A DNA stretch of 33,240 nucleotides, taken from assembly GCA_044358425.1 (NCBI GenBank), contig CP054849.1:979377-1012616 (forward strand), in the 5' to 3' direction. The notes beneath the pieces were generated by a model. It was given only the letters and a program-made list of their open reading frames with translations. It did not search any database and had not been told where the DNA came from. A program made the translations under genes and the position numbers. The first letter of the stretch is position 1. Every line of letters starts with the position of its first letter. Origin of the DNA: Marine Group I thaumarchaeote. Lineage in GTDB: Archaea > Thermoproteota > Nitrososphaeria > Nitrososphaerales > Nitrosopumilaceae. Shown one piece after another: positions 26,645 to 33,240 of the stretch.

Positions 26645-27463
26645 TTATTGACCCTCCTGTTTTGATGATTTTAACTGTTCTCTTATTTTTGCGCCCACTT
26701 TAATTGATAAATCGCCACATTGATTGATTTCTTCTTGTGTAAATCCATCGCTGCCACCTTTTTGAAGTGCAACAATATTTCCATCAGAATCTGTAGTTAT
26801 AGTAATTCTTGAATCCATACTTTCCCATTCATCGCCATTAGGATCAACAACAATGTAATTTCCAATTTTTCCCATAGTTACAGATACAGGAATTGTGGTT
26901 ATAGGTAACGGTTTGTCTGCACCCTCAACAATTGTAGGTTGGTCATCAACCATCTCCCATGTTGGAGTTTTTGATGTAAGTAAAGCAGCAGTTGCAGCAT
27001 AAGAGCATGCATCAAAAAGATTTCCATCATAATCAATTGCCACAACATCTGCAAACACACCAACTACGGATTTGTCTTTTTCAATTACTAAATCAGAAAC
27101 ATCAACCATATGACTTTCTCGAATTCCTCTATCAACAACTCTTGCCAATTCAATGACAGGTGCTTGTGGAGGTCCAGTTTCAACAGTAGGATGTGAAAGA
27201 GGCAATAATTCAGCAGTGCACATAAACATACCCTTGTCACCTACATCTGGGAAAGGTTTGTCTGGTTGGATTTTTACACCACACAAAACTTGAGTATCAC
27301 CAAGATAAACTCTTGCAGAACCGTTTGCTTTAGGAATTGCGTCAATTTCAATGCATATTTTTCTTGGTTCATCTAGTGCTCTTCCATCAACCCTTTTTCC
27401 TTGTTCTAATAATTCTAGAATTTGTGCTCTTTTTAGTTCATCAATAACTGAAACGCTTGTCAT
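26645..27463 (-). CDS. rrp42: Exosome subunit Rrp42
   Basis: RVDGR, ANGSARV.LGDT, IELARVVDRGIRES, DYDGNLFDA. Confidence 0.95.
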   Translation of the reverse strand: MTSVSVIDELKRAQILELLEQGKRVDGRALDEPRKICIEIDAIPKANGSARVYLGDTQVLCGVKIQPDKPFPDVGDKGMFMCTAELLPLSHPTVETGPPQAPVIELARVVDRGIRESHMVDVSDLVIEKDKSVVGVFADVVAIDYDGNLFDACSYAATAALLTSKTPTWEMVDDQPTIVEGADKPLPITTIPVSVTMGKIGNYIVVDPNGDEWESMDSRITITTDSDGNIVALQKGGSDGFTQEEINQCGDLSIKVGAKIREQLKSSKQEGQ

Positions 27464-27465
27464 AT

Positions 27466-28200
27466 CTAATCTCCCCTGTTTCCAAAGTACTTGTCATGTA
27501 GTGCTTTCTTTTGAAGTTCATAAACAACCTCACATCCTTTGACTCCAACATCAACACATTTTTTGTATTCTTCTGGAGTTAAGACACCGTCTAATTGTAA
27601 TAAAGTAATTTTTTTCATACTTGGCATATATCCAATTGGCATATCGGCTTGACCTGCTTGATCCTCTTCATTGTTAACATCAAGAATAATTGTATCTGCA
27701 ACTTTACCTGAAGCAATTGCTGCAACCATATCTCTCATCGGGATACCAGCATCAGCTAATGCAACAGATGCTGCAGTAAGGGCAGCACATCTAGTTCCAC
27801 CATCAGCCTGTAAAACTTCAATAAATACATCAACTGCAGTTCTTGGGAATTTCTCCAACATTACTGCAGGTTCTAATGCTTCTTTGATTACTTTAGATAT
27901 TTCAATTTCTCTTCTTGAAGGTGCTGGTCTTTTTCTTTCACCAACAGAAAATGGTTCCATGTGATATCTAACTCTTAAAATTCCAGTATCAGTATCTGAC
28001 ATGTGTTTTGGATGAACATCTCTTGGTCCAAATACACCAACTAAAATTTTGTTATCGCCAAATTCAATGTAAGCAGAGCCATCAGCGTTTTTTAATCCGC
28101 CAGCTTTAATCATAATTCTACGTGGTTCGTCTATTTTACGTCCATCACAGCGAATGCCATTTTCGTCCAATAAGACCATGGTTGCATCTCGTCCACCCAT
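27466..28200 (-). CDS. rrp41: Exosome exonuclease Rrp41
   Basis: NADGSAYIE, GPRDVHP, PSRREIEISKV, QADGGTR. Confidence 0.96.
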   Translation of the reverse strand: MGGRDATMVLLDENGIRCDGRKIDEPRRIMIKAGGLKNADGSAYIEFGDNKILVGVFGPRDVHPKHMSDTDTGILRVRYHMEPFSVGERKRPAPSRREIEISKVIKEALEPAVMLEKFPRTAVDVFIEVLQADGGTRCAALTAASVALADAGIPMRDMVAAIASGKVADTIILDVNNEEDQAGQADMPIGYMPSMKKITLLQLDGVLTPEEYKKCVDVGVKGCEVVYELQKKALHDKYFGNRGD

Positions 28201-28880
28201 TATGATTCATCCTTTCCATCTAACATTTCTTTAATTAAATCAGTTAAATTAGCAATATGTGCTTTTTCATTAACCATTTCAACTGCCTTTTTAGATTTTA
28301 AGAGCCCTTCTTCAGTCTCACATGAAATAACAACCCATCCATTTTGACCAATTGTAATGGCAGCATTTGTGGCCATTTCAATCATTTGTATCATACTTCC
28401 TTTTTTGCCAATTAACCGTGGAACTTTACTTGGAGAAATTTTTACTAAAACTCCATCATCGATTTTACCTAAATCTCTGTCAGATATTGTGATAAGAGGA
28501 TCTCTAGTTCTGTCAAAATTTGCAATTCTTGCAGCTACCAAGTCACCAGTTTTTAATTTACTTGAAAGTTCATCAGCATGAGTTGAAAAGTCTCTTCCAA
28601 AAACATCCTGAGCAGGTAAAAATCCAACGTAGCAGGAATTTACATCTAATTCCCAAGACAAGGATGTATGAGAAATAACTTTACCAATTACAAGATCATT
28701 AATTTTAGGAATATATTTTCCGGTTAAAGGAATGACTTTAACAGAATCGTCATAAATTTCAGATATACCAACAGTTGTAGCAATTATGTTATTTCCTTCT
28801 AAAACTACATTTTGTTCAGGTCTAAAAGGTCCGCTAGTAATTACATCACCAGGAATGACGTATTTTCTTTTATCGGCCAT
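28200..28880 (-). CDS. rrp4: Exosome RNA-binding cap Rrp4
   Basis: VIPGD, YIPKINDLVIG (S1), KVPRLIGKKGSMI (KH). Confidence 0.95.
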   Translation of the reverse strand: MADKRKYVIPGDVITSGPFRPEQNVVLEGNNIIATTVGISEIYDDSVKVIPLTGKYIPKINDLVIGKVISHTSLSWELDVNSCYVGFLPAQDVFGRDFSTHADELSSKLKTGDLVAARIANFDRTRDPLITISDRDLGKIDDGVLVKISPSKVPRLIGKKGSMIQMIEMATNAAITIGQNGWVVISCETEEGLLKSKKAVEMVNEKAHIANLTDLIKEMLDGKDES

Positions 28881-29566
28881 TATTTCATTACCTCTACAGT
28901 GGCAGAGCCCTTTGTAATAGAACCTAATCTGTCAATCACGTTTGGCCTTGCTGCTGCGGGTATTTCAAGTATTGCTTTTAGTGAACCATTATTTTGCCAT
29001 TCTTCTTTTTTTAGCGAACCAACAGATTTCAAAACTGAGTAAGATTGAGAGGAATATTGTGCAGGAATAGTGATCTCCAATTGGAGATTTTCAGATTTTA
29101 ATGCAATAATTGAACGTAATTTTTCAACAATGTCTTTAACTTGTTCTTCAACGCTTTTTTGAGGTTCAATGGATACACGACCATCTTTCATTGCTTGTTC
29201 AATGCGTAACGGAGGATGAGGCAAGTGAGTTTTTGGATCAACAAAAGTTTTGGCAATATATTCAACAATTTGTTTTCTTTTCTGATCAACCATTTTTCGT
29301 CTTTGATCAGTAGTAAGATTTAGATCTCCTTTTTCAAACATTATTTGAGCAATCTCAGTTTTATCTTCAGTTTTGAATGCAGCGAGTAATTTTTCAGTAG
29401 AGGGCTTAGTTCCTTTCCCAGAATCAGTATAGATTTCTTCAGAAACTAAAACCGAAGAAATATCCTTTTTCTTACCTAATTTGTAATCTAAAGCAGGATC
29501 TGGCTTTACCAATATTTCGAATTTTTCACCTTCAAAAGAGAATCTAACTACTGTAACGTCTGCCAT
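28880..29566 (-). CDS. Ribosome maturation factor SBDS/Sdo1
   Basis: GEKFEILV.P, DPKTHLPHPPLRIEQAM. Confidence 0.95.
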   Translation of the reverse strand: MADVTVVRFSFEGEKFEILVKPDPALDYKLGKKKDISSVLVSEEIYTDSGKGTKPSTEKLLAAFKTEDKTEIAQIMFEKGDLNLTTDQRRKMVDQKRKQIVEYIAKTFVDPKTHLPHPPLRIEQAMKDGRVSIEPQKSVEEQVKDIVEKLRSIIALKSENLQLEITIPAQYSSQSYSVLKSVGSLKKEEWQNNGSLKAILEIPAAARPNVIDRLGSITKGSATVEVMK

Positions 29567-29651
29567 ATCTTAGTACTATTGTAATTTGGTATTTATCTAT
29601 ACGTAAAGCTAGCTAGATTTTTATGTGCACTTTGACGATTTTCAACAAGAT

Positions 29652-30251
29652 TTGTCATCATTAGACGTTATTACGAAAGATTCTGAAAAGATAGCCTTAA
29701 AGCTAAAAGGTGTTCCATTACAATATGCAAATGCTTTAAGACGTGTTTGTTTAAACGGAGTTCCAGTTTTTGCAATTGATACAGTAGATATTATTGAAAA
29801 CACATCTGTTTTACCTGATGAGGGTTTAGCTCACAGATTGGGTTTAATTCCATTAAAAACAGATTTGAGTAAATATAACGAATCAGATAAAATCCTACTA
29901 GTGTTAGATTCAGGAATATCTGAAGAAACTAGAACTGTATTATCAGGAGAATTATCTTCTGAAGATGAGAGTATTAAACCAGTATCTGAAAAAGTCCCAA
30001 TTGTTCAATTAGCCCCAGGTCAAAAAATTAAAGTCGAATGTTATGCAAGACTAGGACGTGGTACAGAACATGCAAAGTGGAATGCTTCCAACGTTGCTAT
30101 GCTCACAGATACTGACAAAGATGATGAGAAAATACTCACCATAGAGTCTACAGGAGCATTAAATCCAGAACAAATTGTTCTAGAAGGAGTAGAAGAAGTT
30201 AGTAGAAGAGTTGTTGAATTCAAAGATATGATCAACAATATCGAAGAATAG
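29652..30251 (+). CDS. rpoD: RNA polymerase subunit D (Rpo3)
   Basis: ANALRR, AID.V.I.ENTSVLPDE.LAHRLGLIPL, LGRGTEHAKW; start probably TTG 29652 (GTG 29625 possible). Confidence 0.94.
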   Translation: MSSLDVITKDSEKIALKLKGVPLQYANALRRVCLNGVPVFAIDTVDIIENTSVLPDEGLAHRLGLIPLKTDLSKYNESDKILLVLDSGISEETRTVLSGELSSEDESIKPVSEKVPIVQLAPGQKIKVECYARLGRGTEHAKWNASNVAMLTDTDKDDEKILTIESTGALNPEQIVLEGVEEVSRRVVEFKDMINNIEE

Positions 30252-30296
30252 TAGAAGCATAGACATTATATTTGGGTTTTAAGCCGGATTATTCAC

Positions 30297-30644
30297 ATGA
30301 CTAATCAAGTTGTAATTCGTATGGCTAGCGATCTGAAGAAAGCATCAACCAAAAACGATGCTCCAATTTGGGGCAAATTAGCAGAATACGCTCTAAAACC
30401 ATCAATTGCTAGAAGAGATATCAATCTCAATAGAATTAGTCAATTAACCAAAGATAATGATACAGTAGTTTTTCCAGGCAAAGTTTTAGGAACAGGAAAT
30501 ATTTCTCACAAAATCACATTATGTTCATTTTCAATTTCAAATTCTGCAGCAGCCAAAGTTTTAGAAAATGGTGGAAAATTAATCTCACATGCAGATTTAA
30601 TCAAACAAAATCCAACAGGTAAAGGAGTAGTACTACTTGGCTAA
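30297..30644 (+). CDS. rpl18e: 50S ribosomal protein L18e
   Basis: APIW, INLNRI, VVFPGKVLGTG. Confidence 0.95.
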   Translation: MTNQVVIRMASDLKKASTKNDAPIWGKLAEYALKPSIARRDINLNRISQLTKDNDTVVFPGKVLGTGNISHKITLCSFSISNSAAAKVLENGGKLISHADLIKQNPTGKGVVLLG

Positions 30645-31146
30645 TGGAAGATTAAACAGACCTGCTGGAAGAAATTCAAATACTTCCAAACAAGAGGTTG
30701 TTATTAGAACAGATAGACCAATTGTCGTTGATGGAACAAATCACATTGCAGGTAGATTAGCATCAAATGTTGCTAAATTACTATTACAAGGTCAAAGAGT
30801 CACAGTAATCAATTGTGAAAAAATTATGATGAGTGGAACAAGATCAAATCAAATTCAAGAATATAGAGAATTTTTAGAAATTAACAGCATTATCAATTAC
30901 AAACACGGACCGGTACACTATAGAAGACCAGATACAATCATTGCAAAAATGATTCGTCAAATGTTACCATTTGATAGAAAACCATCAGGTAAATTAGCAT
31001 TCCAAAGATTAAGAACATACATCGGTGCACCTAATGATACAAAACCATTAGAGAAAACACAATTTGAAAAAGCATTAATCAAAAGAGCAGCTTCTAATTA
31101 TACAACATTAGCAGAAATATGTAGAGTAATAGGATGGACAGAATAA
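30637..31146 (+). CDS. rpl13: 50S ribosomal protein L13
   Basis: VVDGTNHIAGRLASNVAKLLL.G, GP.HYRRPD. Confidence 0.95.
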   Translation: MANGRLNRPAGRNSNTSKQEVVIRTDRPIVVDGTNHIAGRLASNVAKLLLQGQRVTVINCEKIMMSGTRSNQIQEYREFLEINSIINYKHGPVHYRRPDTIIAKMIRQMLPFDRKPSGKLAFQRLRTYIGAPNDTKPLEKTQFEKALIKRAASNYTTLAEICRVIGWTE

Positions 31147-31147
31147 G

Positions 31148-31594
31148 ATGATTCCAAAAACTGAAATTTATTTTGCAACTAGAAAAACAGCTAGTGCTCA
31201 CGTATACATTACAAAAGGCGTAGGCAAAGTTAGAATTAACAACGTTCCAGTAGAAATGATTCCACAAGAAACAGCCCGTGAAGTCATTTTAGCACCACTT
31301 GAAATTACAGGAGATTTGAGAGATAAAATAGATATTTCTGTAAGAGTTAGAGGTGGAGGATTCATGGGACAAGCAAGTGCAGTAGCAACTGCAATTACCA
31401 GAGCATTAGTAGGCTGGACAAAATCTAAAAAAGAGCCAAAAGATCATCCTTTCCCAAAATCAACTAGAGAAGACCTCAGAAAAAGAATTACTGATTTTGA
31501 CAAGTATCTAGTTAGTGGAGACGCCAGACAAAAAGAACCAAAGAAATTTGGCGGACCTGGTGCAAGAAGAAGAAAACAGAAATCATACCGTTAG
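31148..31594 (+). CDS. rps9: 30S ribosomal protein S9
   Basis: RKTASA, VRGGGFMGQA, EPKKFGGPGARRRKQKSYR. Confidence 0.96.
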   Translation: MIPKTEIYFATRKTASAHVYITKGVGKVRINNVPVEMIPQETAREVILAPLEITGDLRDKIDISVRVRGGGFMGQASAVATAITRALVGWTKSKKEPKDHPFPKSTREDLRKRITDFDKYLVSGDARQKEPKKFGGPGARRRKQKSYR

Positions 31595-31597
31595 ACT

Positions 31598-32314
31598 GTG
31601 AAAGCTGTAATTTTAGCTGGTGGCAAAGGCACCCGCGGAAAACCATATACAGAATATTTTCCAAAAGCAATGACACCAATTAATGGAAAACCTTTGATTG
31701 ATTATGTTGTCAGATATCTAAAATCATTCAAATTCATTAATGAAATCATCATCATTTCAGATTATACGGGTTTAGGAGGTCAGATCAAAAATTATTATGG
31801 AGAACAAAAAAATATTAAATTCATTCAAGATTCACAAAGTGGAACTGGAGGAGATTTACTCCACATACAAAATGAGTTAAAAAATGAATCAGAATTTCTC
31901 TTGTGGTTTGTAGACAATCTATGTGCATTAGACATTACAAAAATGAGAAAAACGTTCAAAGAAAAAAACAGTTTGGCATGCATTGCAACTAGAACAAAGA
32001 GAAAAGAAGAAACAGGTTTTGCAGTGGTAGATGACGGAATAATTACAAAGTTTAAAGAAAAACCAGTTATGAAATTACAGTTATCAGAATGTTTAGGAAT
32101 CTACATGTTAGGAAAAGAAATTATTCAGAGAATTAAAAAGAAAAAGAAAAAACAGGTGAATTTATCATTTGATATTTTACAAGAATTATCAAAAGAGGGT
32201 AAAATTAGTGCTCACGATATAGAACAAAGAGAATGGATTGATGCAGAATCACCAATGATTTTAGAGAGAAACGAGAAATTAGTAACGAAAATCATAAAAC
32301 AGATGGGATTGTAG
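31598..32314 (+). CDS. Sugar-phosphate nucleotidyltransferase family protein
   Basis: AVILAGGKGTR..P.T...PK.M.PINGKP. Confidence 0.9.
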   Translation: MKAVILAGGKGTRGKPYTEYFPKAMTPINGKPLIDYVVRYLKSFKFINEIIIISDYTGLGGQIKNYYGEQKNIKFIQDSQSGTGGDLLHIQNELKNESEFLLWFVDNLCALDITKMRKTFKEKNSLACIATRTKRKEETGFAVVDDGIITKFKEKPVMKLQLSECLGIYMLGKEIIQRIKKKKKKQVNLSFDILQELSKEGKISAHDIEQREWIDAESPMILERNEKLVTKIIKQMGL

Positions 32315-32876
32315 AATTCTCTTCAAATTTAGAAATTTTTTCCTCATGCTGAAGAGTTTGTGCAATATCATCTAATCCCTCCAAGAGAATTTTTTTCTTG
32401 TGAGAATTGATTTCAAAAGAGATATTTTCTGAAGGTGTTTTAATCACCTGATTTTCCAAATCTACTTCAATTTGATTAGTTTCATGTTGAAGTTTCTCCA
32501 CCAGTGTAGAATCTAATGTGATAGGAAGAATTCCATTTTTGAAACAATTGCTAAAAAAGATATCAGCAAAAGAAGAGGATATTATTACAGAAAAACCATA
32601 ATCATCTAAAGCCCAAACTGCATGTTCTCTACTAGAACCACATCCAAAATTATCTCCTGCTACTAAAATTTTTGAGTCATCATATTTAGAATTATTCAAA
32701 ACAAAATCAGATTTCAAATTTTCATTTTCATCATATCGCCAATTAAAAAATAAGAATTTACCAAATCCAGACTTTTGAACTAATTTTAAAAATTGTTTGG
32801 GAATAATTTGATCAGTATCTACATTGACTTTATCAAGAGGAGTAACAATGCTTTTTACATTTTGGAAAGGTTCCAT
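32292..32876 (-). CDS. leuD: 3-isopropylmalate dehydratase small subunit
   Basis: NVDTDQIIPKQFL, NFGCGSSREHA, SFADIFFSNCFKNG, GLDDI. Confidence 0.96.
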   Translation of the reverse strand: MEPFQNVKSIVTPLDKVNVDTDQIIPKQFLKLVQKSGFGKFLFFNWRYDENENLKSDFVLNNSKYDDSKILVAGDNFGCGSSREHAVWALDDYGFSVIISSSFADIFFSNCFKNGILPITLDSTLVEKLQHETNQIEVDLENQVIKTPSENISFEINSHKKKILLEGLDDIAQTLQHEEKISKFEENSTIPSVL

Positions 32877-32877
32877 G

Positions 32878-33240
32878 TTAATTCAAATCCAATTTCCTTA
32901 CATCAACAAAATGTCCATGTATTGCGGCTGCTGCAGCCATAACTGGACTTACTAAATGAGTTCTACCACCATTGCCTTGTCTGCCTTCAAAATTTCTATT
33001 TGATGTACTAGCACATCTTTCACCAGGAGACAAAATATCAGGATTCATGCCTAAACACATACTGCAACCAGCCTCTCTCCATTCAAAATTTGCATCAATG
33101 AAAATTTTATCCAACCCCATCTCTTCAGCTTGTTTTTTTACCATTTGAGAGCCTGGGACTACCATTGCACTAACATTTGATGCAACTTTTTGTCCTTGAA
33201 TCACTTTTGATGCTTCAATAAGGTCCTCTAGTCTTGCATT
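32878..33240 (-). CDS. leuC: 3-isopropylmalate dehydratase large subunit, C-terminal part (truncated by window edge)
   Basis: [44 protein letters not shown]. Confidence 0.96.
   Translation of the reverse strand, partial: NARLEDLIEASKVIQGQKVASNVSAMVVPGSQMVKKQAEEMGLDKIFIDANFEWREAGCSMCLGMNPDILSPGERCASTSNRNFEGRQGNGGRTHLVSPVMAAAAAIHGHFVDVRKLDLN

Noticed and set aside
25786-31594. Exosome superoperon and divergent rpoD-ribosomal protein cluster
   Set aside because: Well-known conserved archaeal gene order; not novel.

Overview
AT-rich, gene-dense archaeal chromosome segment whose gene content points to an ammonia-oxidising Nitrososphaerota member (Nitrosopumilus-like); this assignment is from protein-family recognition, not a database search. 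The right half is core housekeeping: endA, rpl10e, NAD kinase, Nob1, XPF, a prefoldin-Pcc1-L37ae-exosome-SBDS operon, rpoD-L18e-L13-S9 and leuCD. The left third holds an ABC-2 exporter and a nitrogen cluster: an ammonium transporter with a DUF6659-like gene and a ferredoxin-NADP reductase, a divergent P-II followed by unannotated micro-membrane proteins, and a degenerate P-II fused to a possible ribbon-helix-helix tail. A TGATWATCA palindrome occurs three times at exact 11-bp spacing upstream of that fusion gene and again in the amt/glnK and antiporter promoters, suggesting an undescribed P-II-fusion regulator and its regulon. Features absent from the ORF track include tRNA-Glu(CTC), tRNA-Gly(GCC), a box C/D-type sRNA, a 48-aa metallothionein-like ORF and several Cys/His microproteins. 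No mobile elements or CRISPR arrays were seen.
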